This document shows positions 47,205 to 57,271 of a stretch of DNA of 64,000 nucleotides, in pieces. Under the pieces are notes generated by a model that did no database searches, was not told the DNA's origin, and worked only from the letters and a program-made list of their open reading frames with translations. The stretch spans positions 192,001 through 256,000 of the forward strand of contig OZ242184.1 of assembly GCA_965205855.1 (NCBI GenBank), read 5' to 3'. This DNA comes from Thermodesulfobacteriota bacterium. Lineage in GTDB: Bacteria > Desulfobacterota_D > UBA1144 > Nemesobacterales > Mycalebacteriaceae. The first letter of the stretch is position 1, and each line of letters opens with the position of its first letter. A program made the position numbers and the translations under genes.

Positions 47205-48410
47205 ATGGCGAAAACCGCCGGGATGAACCCCGCATCCGCATCCTTGCCAGATTCTGAAACGGCGCGGGTTTGCGAAAACGCCATGCTTGGAGACGGGATA
47301 ACTCCCGAAGAGGCTCTTTTTCTCGCCGATGCCCCGGAGGCGCGAATTCCGGCAATTTTAAGCGCCGCGTCTTTTCTTGCCGTTCGTTCACACGGCAGGG
47401 AACTTACATACTCAAAGAATGTTTTTGTTCCGTTGACACAACTCTGCCGGAACCATTGCGGATACTGCACTTTTAAGAGGGAGCCCGGAGACGGGGAGAT
47501 TCTTGTGTCTCCGGACGAGGTGGACGATATAGCGCGCAAGGGGGCAGAACTCGGATGCACGGAACTGCTTTTTGTTCTCGGAGACAAGCCCGAAGCCGTT
47601 TACAGTCAATACACGGAGAGGCTCAACGGGCTCGGATGCTCCACAACCGCTGAGTACCTGACGGAAATTTGCGAGTCCGCGATCGGGCGCGGAATTTTCC
47701 CGCATTCAAATCTGGGTCTTGCGACCCCGGAAGAGCTTTTCCGCCTCCGGCGTAGCAATCCCAGCATGGGGCTTATGCTTGAAAACATCAGTCCGCGCCT
47801 TCTCAGAAAAGGACAGGCGCATCACCGTTGCGCTGACAAGGTGCCAAAACTGAGAATGGAGACAATTGAGCATGCCGGAGAACTGAGAATTCCCTGGACA
47901 AGCGGGATTCTTGTCGGCATAGGCGAGACTGTGCGCGAAAGGATTGACTCTCTTTTTGCTCTGAAGGAAGTTTCAGACCGCCACGGGCACATTCAGGAAA
48001 TTATAGTTCAGAATTTCAGTCCCAAAGACGGCATTGCCATGCAAAACTTTCCGCCGCCGGCATTCGCCGATATGCTCAAGACGGTTGCTGTGGCGCGTCT
48101 TGTGTTTGGAGGAGGGATGAATATTCAAATTCCACCGAACCTGAACGGCGGAACATACTCAAGGTTCATACCCGCCGGAATAAACGACCTTGGCGGAGTT
48201 TCACCTCTCACGATTGACTATGTCAATCCCGAAGCTCCCTGGCCCCTTCTTGAGGAAATGAATGAACAGGTTTCCTCGCTGGGGTTCAAGTTGAGAGAGA
48301 GGCTTCCGGTTTATCCCGAATACATTACGGAAGAGTTTCTTGACCATAAAATGCTTGAGATGGTTGAAAAGCGTGTCGATGAAAAAGGTCTTGTGCCGGA
48401 AGCGAATTGA
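47205..48410 (+). CDS. cofG: FO synthase subunit CofG (start uncertain, 47205 or 47223)
   Basis: TYSKNVFVPLT.LCRNHCGYC, E.LF.LGDKPE, PHSN.G, SMGLMLE, TSGILVGIGE, HIQE.I.QNF, IQ.PPNL, DLGGVSP.T.D.VNPE.PWP. Confidence 0.93.
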   Translation: MAKTAGMNPASASLPDSETARVCENAMLGDGITPEEALFLADAPEARIPAILSAASFLAVRSHGRELTYSKNVFVPLTQLCRNHCGYCTFKREPGDGEILVSPDEVDDIARKGAELGCTELLFVLGDKPEAVYSQYTERLNGLGCSTTAEYLTEICESAIGRGIFPHSNLGLATPEELFRLRRSNPSMGLMLENISPRLLRKGQAHHRCADKVPKLRMETIEHAGELRIPWTSGILVGIGETVRERIDSLFALKEVSDRHGHIQEIIVQNFSPKDGIAMQNFPPPAFADMLKTVAVARLVFGGGMNIQIPPNLNGGTYSRFIPAGINDLGGVSPLTIDYVNPEAPWPLLEEMNEQVSSLGFKLRERLPVYPEYITEEFLDHKMLEMVEKRVDEKGLVPEAN

Positions 48411-48411
48411 T

Positions 48412-49650
48412 ATGAACGCGCGATTGAAATCTTTGGTTGATTTGATAAATGACAAGCGGGAGTCGGGTCTTGAGGCGTGCCTGTCACGCATAAGGCGCGA
48501 TTGTGCAAATATCATAGACAAGTCGCTTAACTCCACTGAGATTTCAGTCGGTGAGGCGGATGTTCTTTTTGCGTTGGAAACTCCCGATGAGATGGCAACC
48601 CTCGCAGTCGCCGCAGACCATATAAGAAAAGAGGATGTGGGTGATATCGTAACCTATGTGGTTAATAGGAACATAAATTTCACAAATATCTGCGATGTCT
48701 ATTGTGGTTTCTGCAATTTTATGGCTCCCGAAGGTGATGAAAGGGCTTATTTTCTCTCAATGGAGGAAATAGCGGACAAAACCAGAGAGGCGTGGGAGAT
48801 AGGAGCGACCGAGGTTTGTATGCAAGGCGGAATGCACCCCAAAATAGACGGAAATTACTATATTGACCTGATAAAGAATGTCAAAAACGCGGTTCCGCAG
48901 ATTCACACTCACGCGTTTTCCCCTTATGAAGTCTGGTATGGGGCGAACACTCTGGGTATAGAGGAGACGGATTTTATAAATATGCTCAAGGATGTCGGGC
49001 ACGACACATTTCCGGGTACAGCGGCGGAGGTGCTTGTGGAGGATGTGAGAAAGAAGATAGCCCCGCGAAAGATTCCGACCGAGGTTTGGATAAGGGTTGT
49101 TGAAAAGATTCACCGAACCGGAATGAAAACAACTTCGACCATAATGTATGGGCATCTTGACGAGCCGCGCCACTGGTCTATTCACCTGGGCGTTCTGCGC
49201 GACATTCAGAAACGCACGGGCGGTTTTACGGAGTTTGTTCCTCTTCGCTTCATCCCGTGGGAGACCCGTATTTTCAAAAACTCAAAGGGCAAGATTCACG
49301 AGGGCCCGACAGATTTTGACCAATTGAAGATGTATGCGGTTTCGCGCCTTTTTCTGCGCGGCTTGATAGACAACATTCAGGTGTCATGGGTAAAACAGGG
49401 GCCCGAATTCGCGCAGTTTTCATTGACTGCCGGAGCGAATGATTTTGGCGGAACTCTGATGGAAGAGCAGATATCGCGCTTTGCCGGCGCGAGTTACGGG
49501 CAGTATTTTCCGCCCGAAGAATTTCGCCGTCTTACGCGCGAGATAGGGCGCATTCCGGCCGAAAGGAATACTGTTTACGGAATTTTGGAAAAATTTGACA
49601 AAAAAACTGATATCCCTGAGGTCTTGAATGGCTCCAAGAAAATCTCTTAA
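48412..49650 (+). CDS. cofH: FO synthase subunit CofH
   Basis: TYVVNRNINFTNIC..YC.FC, TEVCMQGG, HAFSP.E, PGTAAE.L, TTSTIMYGH, NIQVSWVK.G, GANDFGGTLMEE.IS..AG. Confidence 0.92.
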   Translation: MNARLKSLVDLINDKRESGLEACLSRIRRDCANIIDKSLNSTEISVGEADVLFALETPDEMATLAVAADHIRKEDVGDIVTYVVNRNINFTNICDVYCGFCNFMAPEGDERAYFLSMEEIADKTREAWEIGATEVCMQGGMHPKIDGNYYIDLIKNVKNAVPQIHTHAFSPYEVWYGANTLGIEETDFINMLKDVGHDTFPGTAAEVLVEDVRKKIAPRKIPTEVWIRVVEKIHRTGMKTTSTIMYGHLDEPRHWSIHLGVLRDIQKRTGGFTEFVPLRFIPWETRIFKNSKGKIHEGPTDFDQLKMYAVSRLFLRGLIDNIQVSWVKQGPEFAQFSLTAGANDFGGTLMEEQISRFAGASYGQYFPPEEFRRLTREIGRIPAERNTVYGILEKFDKKTDIPEVLNGSKKIS

Positions 49651-50977
49651 CCTCAACGATTTTATGCGCGGAGTGTCGCGTAGAAATCCCGGAGAAACGG
49701 AATTTCACCAAGCGGTAAAAGAGGTCGCGGAATCTCTTGTTCCATTTATAAAAGCAAATCCCGTTTATCTGGAAAAGCAGATATTTGAGCGTCTGACCGA
49801 ACCGGACAGAATCGTATCATTCCGCGTCTGCTGGCAGGACGATGAGGGAAATATCCGCACAAACAGGGGCTACAGGGTGCAGTTCAGCGGAGTTATCGGA
49901 CCTTACAAAGGCGGCTTGCGGTTTCACCCGTCGGTCAGTCTCAGCGTAATGAAATTTCTGGGGTTTGAGCAGATATTCAAAAACAGTCTCACCGGTCTTC
50001 CAATGGGAGGAGGTAAAGGCGGTAGTGATTTCAACCCTCGAGGGAAGTCAGACGGAGAGATTATGAGGTTTTGTCAGGCGTTTATGACGGAGCTTGCGAG
50101 GCATGTGGGCGAAGATGTTGATGTTCCCGCCGGAGATATAGGAGTCGGCGGGCGTGAAATCGGCTATATGTTCGGTCAACACAGGAGGATTTCCGGCAAA
50201 TTCACCGGCGTGCTTACGGGCAAGGGAGTATCTTTCGGTGGCAGTTTGATTCGTCCCGAAGCAACGGGCTACGGAAGCGTCTTTTTTGTTGAGGAAATTC
50301 TCAAAACCGCGGGAGATGGTCTTGAGGGCAAAGCCTGTGTTGTTTCGGGTTCGGGAAATGTGGCTCAATACACGGTTGAGAAAATCAACCAACTCGGTGG
50401 CAAGGCGGTTACGATGTCCGATTCGGATGGATTTATTCACGACCCGGCGGGAATATCGCCTGAAAAACTCGCGTGGATTATGGATTTAAAAAACAACCGG
50501 CGCGGAAGAATCAGCGAATATGCAAAGCGGTTCAAGTGCAAATACCACAAGGGCAAAAAACCGTGGGGTGTCAAATGCGATGTGGCGTTTCCCTCCGCGA
50601 CCCAGAATGAGCTTGACGGAGCGGACGCGAAAACGCTTGCAGAAAACGGAGTCAAGGTTGTGGGCGAGGGGGCTAATATGCCGTGCGACCTTGAAGCGGT
50701 TCACTTTTTCCGCAAAGCGGGTGTGCTTCTCGCTCCCGCAAAGGCGTGTAACGCCGGAGGCGTGGCGGTTTCCGGTCTTGAGATGACGCAGAACAGCATG
50801 AAGCTGTTTTGGAGCCGCGAAGAGGTTGAGGAGAAATTAAAGCACATTATGACCGGCATTCACGAAAGATGTCTTGAATTCGGGAAAAAAGGCAAGAAAG
50901 TTGACTATGTAACCGGAGCGAACATAGCGGGCTTCAAAAAGGTCGCCGATGCGATGGTTGCGCAAGGGGTTGGGTGA
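49628..50977 (+). CDS. gdhA: NADP-specific glutamate dehydrogenase
   Basis: EFHQAV.EV, GPYKGGLRFH, GGGKGGSDF, DVPAGDIGVG, RPEATGYG, GSGNVA, EGANMP. Confidence 0.97.
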   Translation: MAPRKSLNLNDFMRGVSRRNPGETEFHQAVKEVAESLVPFIKANPVYLEKQIFERLTEPDRIVSFRVCWQDDEGNIRTNRGYRVQFSGVIGPYKGGLRFHPSVSLSVMKFLGFEQIFKNSLTGLPMGGGKGGSDFNPRGKSDGEIMRFCQAFMTELARHVGEDVDVPAGDIGVGGREIGYMFGQHRRISGKFTGVLTGKGVSFGGSLIRPEATGYGSVFFVEEILKTAGDGLEGKACVVSGSGNVAQYTVEKINQLGGKAVTMSDSDGFIHDPAGISPEKLAWIMDLKNNRRGRISEYAKRFKCKYHKGKKPWGVKCDVAFPSATQNELDGADAKTLAENGVKVVGEGANMPCDLEAVHFFRKAGVLLAPAKACNAGGVAVSGLEMTQNSMKLFWSREEVEEKLKHIMTGIHERCLEFGKKGKKVDYVTGANIAGFKKVADAMVAQGVG

Positions 50978-50978
50978 G

Positions 50979-51140
50979 ATGGATTCGTTTACTTTCGGTC
51001 TCTTGAGCATTTTCTCATATCTTGGCGGAAATGGTGAGCCTTTGGATAGCTCAATGTCTATATTTGGATGGGTTTTTATTATTATTCTTTGGGTTAGTAG
51101 TGATTTTGTTAATTTTATCTTGGAGACTCAGCGGGCGTGA
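50979..51140 (+). CDS. Possible small membrane peptide (53 aa)
   Basis: ATG 1 nt after the gdhA stop; hydrophobic segment SIFGWVFIIILWV; fills the intergenic gap; no recognised family. Confidence 0.3.
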   Translation: MDSFTFGLLSIFSYLGGNGEPLDSSMSIFGWVFIIILWVSSDFVNFILETQRA

Positions 51141-51189
51141 AAAGAAACGCAGAAAGAATATCGAAGAATAAGCGTATACATTTATTTTC

Positions 51190-54018
51190 ATGTTTCCCTC
51201 TGGAGATGTTTCCAAAACCCTCAAATCCCGCACAAACTCAGAAGTCCGTTTCCGCAAAATAGACAGAATCATTTACGCCACAGACGCGAGCAACTACCGG
51301 ATTGAGCCGCTCGGTGTCGTTATTCCCCGTACGGCGGAGGACATCGCCGAAACCGTGAAAATCGCCGGAGAGTTCGGGGTTTCCATCATTCCGCGCGGCG
51401 GTGGAACCGGGCTTGCGGGGCAGTGCCTCGGAAGTGGAATCGCCGTTGATATGTCCAAGTATATGGATGGGATTTTGGATATTGACGCTGAAAACAAAAC
51501 CGCCACCGTTCAGCCCGGCGTTTGTCTGGGGCGGCTTAATGCCGCCGCGGCGGAAAAAGGGCTTATGTTCGGCCCCGACCCCGCGAGCGCGAAGGTTGCC
51601 ACGGTCGGCGGAGTTATCGCAAACAACGGAACGGGAGCGCACTCTATTCTCTACGGAATGGCGGGAGACAACATCGTTGCCGCAAAATCGGTTTCCCATA
51701 CGGGAGACGAGGTCTCTTTTTCACCGCGAGGGTGTTCAGATGCGGCGCTTTCTCTTGCTCTTGAAAATTTCAAAAATAAAAACAGCGCGCTTATATCGCA
51801 AAAATTTCCAAAACACTGGCGACGGGCTTCGGGCTACAGCCTCAACTATTTTCTTGACGATGTTTTCAATCCCGCAAAATTGCTCGCCGCTTCCGAAGGC
51901 ACATTCGGGATTGCGACCGAGCTGACGCTCAAACTTGTTGAAAAACCGGCGCATAAAAGTCTTGCCATATTGCAGTTTGACAGTCTTTTCCGCGCAATTG
52001 AGACCGTTCCAATGATTCTTGAACACAACCCCTCGGCGGTTGAGTTGATAGACGGAATGCTTATCAGTCTCACGAGAAAGCATGGCGGTTTCGCGCGCCT
52101 TCTTTCATTCGTCAGAGGAGACCCTCAGGCGGTCCTCGCGGTTGAGTTTTTCGGCCGAGTGCCGGATGAATGCCGAATAAAAGCGGATGGATTTATCCGT
52201 TTTTTGAACGAAAAAGGGGTTGTATGCGAAAAGAGTCTAGCCCTTGAGGAAGAGGAACAATCCAGGATCTGGGAAGTAAGAACGGCGGGACTTGGACTTC
52301 TCATGAGCTCTCGCGCCCGCGTGAAGCCTGTTCCGTGCATTGAGGATGTGTCGGTTCCGGTTGCTTCCCTTGCGGATTACACGCGCGAAATATCTCAAGT
52401 GTTTGATTCTCTCGGACTTCAAGCGGGCTTTTACGCCCACGCGAGTGCGGGATGTCTGCATATCCGGCCCCTGATTGACCTGTCTTCGCGCAAAGGTGCG
52501 AAAATCATGGAGGAAATCTCGGACTTCGCGCTTGGGCTTGCGCTTAAATACGGCGGTGTTATGAGCGGAGAGCACGGGGACGGGCTTCAGAGAAGTTATC
52601 TCAATGAGCGGCTTTTCGGCGCGGAGTTATACGGGGCGATGACGGAGTTGAAAAACATCTTTGACCCGCCACACAGGTTTAATCCCGGAAAGGTTGTAAA
52701 TCCCGTTTACGGAGTCGGGGAAAACATGAGGAACGCAAACGGTGAGCGACGCGATTTCAACCCCGCGCTTAACTGGAGAGGTTCGGGAGGGATAGCCGCG
52801 GAGGCAGAGTCCTGCAACGGTCAGGGGCTCTGCCGTCAAATCGGGCAAGGGGCTATGTGCCCGTCTTTTATGGCGACCCGCGATGAGGCGCACACAACCC
52901 GCGCGCGAGCCAATCTCTTGCGTGCGGCGGTTTACGGAGAGGTAGGGCGGGATTTTCTTATGAGCGATGAGGCGGAGGAGGTTTTCGGCCTTTGCATCGG
53001 ATGCAAGGCGTGTAAAACTGAGTGCCCGTCTTCGGTAGATGTGGCAAAGATGAAGACCGAATTTCTCGCCCTCAGGGGAAAATATCTGGGCTTTTCGCTT
53101 GCCGACAGATTTTTCGCGGATATTCACAGCGTATCATCGGCGATGTCACATGCTCCGCTTGCGGCAAATCTAATTGCGCGTGCACTGTCTTTTACAAATC
53201 TGTTTGAACTTGCCGGAATAGACAGGCGGAGAGACTTTCCGGCAGTCTCTTCTCAGAGATTCAGCCGCTGGTTTTCATCGCGGGGCGGTTCTGCGCCGGG
53301 GGAGAAAAAAGCGGTTTATTTTCATGACACATGGGCGGAGTTTTTCAATCCGCAAACGGGCAAGGGGGCGGTCGGCATTCTTGAGGCTCTCGGTTACGAG
53401 GTTGTGATTGAAAAACGCAGAGTTTGCTGCGGCAGGCCGATGATAAGCCGTGGAATGATTGACAAGGCGCGTTTGAATGCGCAAATCAACATCGGGGTTC
53501 TCCACCCGTACGCGAGCCGTGGAATTCCAATAATCGGAACCGAACCCAGCTGTGTATCAATGTTCAGGGACGATTATTCGGACATTTTGCCGGACGATGA
53601 AAAACTGAAGACCGTTTCACGGATGTTTTCCACGCTTGATGAGTTTGTCCTGCCCCGCGCTGAGTCTCTTATCGAAAAAATTGACGCGCCTCCGGGCAGG
53701 GTTATGGCGCACACCCACTGTCACCAGAAAGCCGTCGGCGCAGACTCCGGTCTTCACTTGGCTTTACGCGCTCTCGGCTTTGAGTCGGTTGATTCCGGAG
53801 CCGGATGTTGCGGAATGGCGGGCGGTTTCGGCTATGAGAAAAAGCATTATGATATTTCTCATAAAATCGCCTCGGACAGACTTCTTCCCGCCATTGAGAG
53901 TCTTGAGCCCGCGCGAGTCTGTGTTACGGGGATTTCCTGCATGGAGCAGATACGGCATTTTTCTGCGACCAAACCCGTGCATTTTGCCGAACTCGTCGCG
54001 GAGCGCATCAGAGGCTGA
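51190..54018 (+). CDS. FAD-binding / Fe-S oxidoreductase (YdiJ-like, GlcD-GlcF-type fusion)
   Basis: YATDASNY, PRGGGT.LAGQ, SEGT.G, HASAGCLHIRP, SGEHGDG, CNG.G.C, C..CK.C..ECP, CCG motifs. Confidence 0.92.
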   Translation: MFPSGDVSKTLKSRTNSEVRFRKIDRIIYATDASNYRIEPLGVVIPRTAEDIAETVKIAGEFGVSIIPRGGGTGLAGQCLGSGIAVDMSKYMDGILDIDAENKTATVQPGVCLGRLNAAAAEKGLMFGPDPASAKVATVGGVIANNGTGAHSILYGMAGDNIVAAKSVSHTGDEVSFSPRGCSDAALSLALENFKNKNSALISQKFPKHWRRASGYSLNYFLDDVFNPAKLLAASEGTFGIATELTLKLVEKPAHKSLAILQFDSLFRAIETVPMILEHNPSAVELIDGMLISLTRKHGGFARLLSFVRGDPQAVLAVEFFGRVPDECRIKADGFIRFLNEKGVVCEKSLALEEEEQSRIWEVRTAGLGLLMSSRARVKPVPCIEDVSVPVASLADYTREISQVFDSLGLQAGFYAHASAGCLHIRPLIDLSSRKGAKIMEEISDFALGLALKYGGVMSGEHGDGLQRSYLNERLFGAELYGAMTELKNIFDPPHRFNPGKVVNPVYGVGENMRNANGERRDFNPALNWRGSGGIAAEAESCNGQGLCRQIGQGAMCPSFMATRDEAHTTRARANLLRAAVYGEVGRDFLMSDEAEEVFGLCIGCKACKTECPSSVDVAKMKTEFLALRGKYLGFSLADRFFADIHSVSSAMSHAPLAANLIARALSFTNLFELAGIDRRRDFPAVSSQRFSRWFSSRGGSAPGEKKAVYFHDTWAEFFNPQTGKGAVGILEALGYEVVIEKRRVCCGRPMISRGMIDKARLNAQINIGVLHPYASRGIPIIGTEPSCVSMFRDDYSDILPDDEKLKTVSRMFSTLDEFVLPRAESLIEKIDAPPGRVMAHTHCHQKAVGADSGLHLALRALGFESVDSGAGCCGMAGGFGYEKKHYDISHKIASDRLLPAIESLEPARVCVTGISCMEQIRHFSATKPVHFAELVAERIRG

Positions 54019-54021
54019 GCT

Positions 54022-54189
54022 TCAACCCGTGAGAAAAGCGAAAATACCGCTTAAAACCGCGAGGCCGATAAAAATTCCCATCATGTAGAACGGGTAGTTT
54101 GTGTTATAGCCTTTCTTTATATTGGGAACACGCAACTGCCCCCATATTACTTCTTTTTTTTCATTTTGCGTTTTTTGTTCGTCAGTCAT
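54022..54189 (-). CDS. Small (55 aa) C-terminally membrane-anchored protein, absent from the ORF track
   Basis: MTDEQKTQNEKKEVIWGQLRVPNIKKGYNTNYPFYMMGIFIGLAVLSGIFAFLTG; starts 20 nt after the CBS gene and fills the gap. Confidence 0.6.
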   Translation of the reverse strand: MTDEQKTQNEKKEVIWGQLRVPNIKKGYNTNYPFYMMGIFIGLAVLSGIFAFLTG

Positions 54190-54209
54190 GTTTTTTCCGC
54201 TTTATTAAT

Positions 54210-54680
54210 TTATTCCTGATTTGAAGGATAAGTGCCGAATGCGTATTGCTGGGTTATTTGAAGCTGGTATTGAAGGTTTTCAAGCATTGCTCTCTGCATA
54301 TTGCTCCATGAAAGAACTCCGTAGTATTTTCCTTCTTTGTCTTCAATTACAAGGTGCGAGATATTGTTTTGTTCAAACAACTCAAGACACTCGGAAAAGG
54401 TTTTCAAAAGGGTAACTTTGACAACGTCCAGCGTCATTATATCTCTGACTTTGACTTTGAGAGGGTCTCTTGCTTCCGCGACAATTTTGGTTGAGAGGTC
54501 GTAGTGGCTGATTATTCCGACCAGTTTTTCATTTTCCAAAACACCGGTCGCGCGAATTTTAAGCCGCCTCAGAGTCTCCGACGCATCCCTGACCCTGTCA
54601 TCCGCGCTAACGGAATAAAAAATCTCCCGATCTTTTATCATGTCGCTGACTGTGACCTTGTCAAGGCTTTTTCCCGCCAT
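54210..54680 (-). CDS. Tandem CBS-domain protein
   Basis: VSDMI, KLVGIIS..DL..KIV, KVRDIMT, ISHLVI.D..G...GVLS. Confidence 0.9.
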   Translation of the reverse strand: MAGKSLDKVTVSDMIKDREIFYSVSADDRVRDASETLRRLKIRATGVLENEKLVGIISHYDLSTKIVAEARDPLKVKVRDIMTLDVVKVTLLKTFSECLELFEQNNISHLVIEDKEGKYYGVLSWSNMQRAMLENLQYQLQITQQYAFGTYPSNQE

Positions 54681-54804
54681 TGCTCTGATTCTCCCTTATA
54701 TATCCTATTCTATGTTTGTGCGTTAGGCAATTGAACGGTGTTATGATATATTTCAATTGATTGTTATTGCTTTTACAGGCGAAGTAACGTTCACCGGAGG
54801 CGAA

Positions 54805-55647
54805 ATGGCAGACTACAAGCATACAGAAGTTCTGGTTTCAACACAGTGGGTTGAGGAGCATAAGGACGATTCCGATGTTGTTGTGGTTGAGTCGGACGAG
54901 GATGTGCTACTTTACGAAGTGGGGCATATACCCGGCGCGATTAAGCTTGACTGGCAGGTTGAGCTTCAGGATCAAGTGGTTAGAGATTATCTCGCCGTTG
55001 AAAACTTTGAAAAACTGATGTCGGACAAGGGGATATCAAATGATTCAAAGGTTGTTTTCTACGGGGACAAGAGCAACTGGTGGGCATGTTACGCATTTTG
55101 GACTTTCAAGGTTATGGGGCACCGCAACTGTCTTATAATGAACGGCGGAAGACAGAAATGGATTGATGAAAAAAGAGAGATGACAAGGGATGTTCCCAAA
55201 ACCGGGAAGACGGAGTACAAAGTGGAAAAAATTGACGAATCCATAAGAGCTTTCCGTGAAGAAGTTATGGAGCATATGTCTTCGGGCGGAGCCCTTGTGG
55301 ATGTTCGCTCGCCGCAGGAATTTACCGGAGAGCTTCTTCACATGGAGGCATATCCGCAGGAAGGGTGTCTGAGAGGCGGGCATATTCCCGGCGCGAGTAG
55401 CGTGCCGTGGGCAAAAGCGGCAAATGAAGACGGCACTTTCAAATCGGCGGATGAGCTTGCGCGGATATACGGCGAGGAACAGAAACTGAACCCCGAAGAA
55501 GAAGTTGTTGTCTACTGCAGGATAGGGGAAAGGTCTTCGCACACATGGTTTGTTCTCACATACCTTCTCGGCTACAAAAGTGTCAAAAACTATGACGGCT
55601 CATGGACAGAGTGGGGTAACCTTGTCCGGGCTCCCATAGAGAGGTGA
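54805..55647 (+). CDS. Double-domain sulfurtransferase (rhodanese, SseA/CysA-like)
   Basis: [40 protein letters not shown] (active Cys), YDGSWTEW; GGAGG RBS. Confidence 0.95.
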   Translation: MADYKHTEVLVSTQWVEEHKDDSDVVVVESDEDVLLYEVGHIPGAIKLDWQVELQDQVVRDYLAVENFEKLMSDKGISNDSKVVFYGDKSNWWACYAFWTFKVMGHRNCLIMNGGRQKWIDEKREMTRDVPKTGKTEYKVEKIDESIRAFREEVMEHMSSGGALVDVRSPQEFTGELLHMEAYPQEGCLRGGHIPGASSVPWAKAANEDGTFKSADELARIYGEEQKLNPEEEVVVYCRIGERSSHTWFVLTYLLGYKSVKNYDGSWTEWGNLVRAPIER

Positions 55648-55648
55648 G

Positions 55649-56068
55649 ATGCGTCTCGCAGAGATTGTTGAGCAGTTCAGAAATTCCGATTTTCAGACTA
55701 CTCTTGACATGCTTGTGGACTACTCGGACGACCTGCCGCCGCTTCCGCAAAAATACATAAACGATATTGAGAATCCACAGAGCAGGATTCCCGAATGCGA
55801 AACCCCTGTTTCTCTCTGGGTTGAAGTGAACGGCGGGAAGGTTGAGATATACGCCCACGTGCCGGAAGAGTCTCCCACGGTACGGGGTTTTGTGTCAATC
55901 CTTATTGACGCATTCACGGGAGTTTCCCCGGAAGAAGTCGCGTCCGCTCCGGCAAATTTTTTAAACAGTCTCGGTCTTGATAAAAAACTCGGAACAAGAC
56001 GTATGTACGGGCTTGGCGCGGTCTATGCGAGAATCAGAAAAGAAGTCGCGGGAAAAGCCGGAAACTGA
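55649..56068 (+). CDS. SufE family sulfur-acceptor protein
   Basis: LPPLP, ECETPV (conserved Cys), ESPTVRGF.SIL, LGL...L..RR..G. Confidence 0.9.
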   Translation: MRLAEIVEQFRNSDFQTTLDMLVDYSDDLPPLPQKYINDIENPQSRIPECETPVSLWVEVNGGKVEIYAHVPEESPTVRGFVSILIDAFTGVSPEEVASAPANFLNSLGLDKKLGTRRMYGLGAVYARIRKEVAGKAGN

Positions 56069-56071
56069 CAG

Positions 56072-56461
56072 ATGCTTCACCGCGAACTTATGGATATGCT
56101 GATGGACCATTACGAAAACCCCAGAAATACAGGTGTTCTGGCAAACGCTGATTTTGTCCAACACGGTGGACACTCGGGTTGTGGGGATACGATAACCGTT
56201 TATGTCAAGATGGACGGATGGGTTGTCAAGGATGTCAGGTTTGAGGGCAGGGGATGTATGGTAAGCCAAGCCGCCGCGTCTCTCATAACCTCAAAGATCG
56301 GGGGTCAAAATGCGGAAGAGGTTCTTGTAACCGGCAAGGAAAGCATGATTGATATTCTCGGCAAAGAAATAGTTGTGCGTCGTCCCCGGTGCTCAATGCT
56401 CGCTCTGGATACCATCAAAAGCGGGCTGTTGAGGATAAAAAAAGAAAGAGACAGAGTTTGA
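56072..56461 (+). CDS. SufU/IscU-like scaffold protein
   Basis: DHYENPRN.G, CGD.I, F.G.GC.VSQA.AS, R.RC..L. Confidence 0.9.
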   Translation: MLHRELMDMLMDHYENPRNTGVLANADFVQHGGHSGCGDTITVYVKMDGWVVKDVRFEGRGCMVSQAAASLITSKIGGQNAEEVLVTGKESMIDILGKEIVVRRPRCSMLALDTIKSGLLRIKKERDRV

Positions 56462-56476
56462 CAGGCGTTGTTCAAA

Positions 56477-57271
56477 TTAAACTGCGGTGGCAATCACAGT
56501 AACCGCAACCGCAATTCTGTAAATGACAAAAGGAGTGTAATTTCCGCTTCTTGCCATGTTTAGAAGAAACCTTATCGCGACAATCCCCGTAATCGCGGCG
56601 ATTGTAAATCCGAGGATAATTTCATCAGCTTCCGCAAACGGGAACCCATTTTCCCAAAGCCTGTGAGCCATTGCCGAGGCAATTGCCGGAACGCCCATCA
56701 TAAAGGCGAATTTTGCCGAATCCTCTCTTGTGTATCCGAGAAACATTCCTCCGGCTATTGAGATGCCTGATCTTGAAACCCCCGGCACAAGGGCGAATGA
56801 CTGCGCAATGCCGAGGAGAATGCAGTCGCGTAGCGAAATCCCGTCAATTCGTTTTGTTTTTCCCGTCATTCTGTCTGCGGCAAAAAGAGCCGCGCTGCCA
56901 GCAAGCAGGCCGCCCGCCACCGCAAGCGGTTGTCTTAGAATCCCCGCGACCGCGTATTCAAAAACCAGCCCCGCCGCGACTGCCGGCAGGACTGTAATCA
57001 GCAGTCCCGCGCCCATCTTTGCCTCATGGCTTTCCAATGAGCGGCTTGCAAAAGAGCGGAAGACTCCGCGCGTAATGTTCGCCCAGTCTTTTTTGAAATA
57101 TACAAAAATTGCCGCCAGGGTTCCCGCGTGAAGCCAGACCGTAAGGTCAAGTCCTCCGTCTTTTCCGTAAGCCAGCCACGAAAAAATTATCAGGTGCGCC
57201 GTGCTACTGACGGGAAGAAACTCCGTTATTCCCTGAACAACTCCGAGAGCCGCCGTTTCAAATCTTCCCAA
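56477..57271 (-). CDS. uppP: Undecaprenyl-diphosphatase
   Basis: GVVQGITEFLPVSSTAH, LH.GT, Q..AL.PG.SRSG, F..YR. Confidence 0.95.
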   Translation of the reverse strand: MGRFETAALGVVQGITEFLPVSSTAHLIIFSWLAYGKDGGLDLTVWLHAGTLAAIFVYFKKDWANITRGVFRSFASRSLESHEAKMGAGLLITVLPAVAAGLVFEYAVAGILRQPLAVAGGLLAGSAALFAADRMTGKTKRIDGISLRDCILLGIAQSFALVPGVSRSGISIAGGMFLGYTREDSAKFAFMMGVPAIASAMAHRLWENGFPFAEADEIILGFTIAAITGIVAIRFLLNMARSGNYTPFVIYRIAVAVTVIATAV

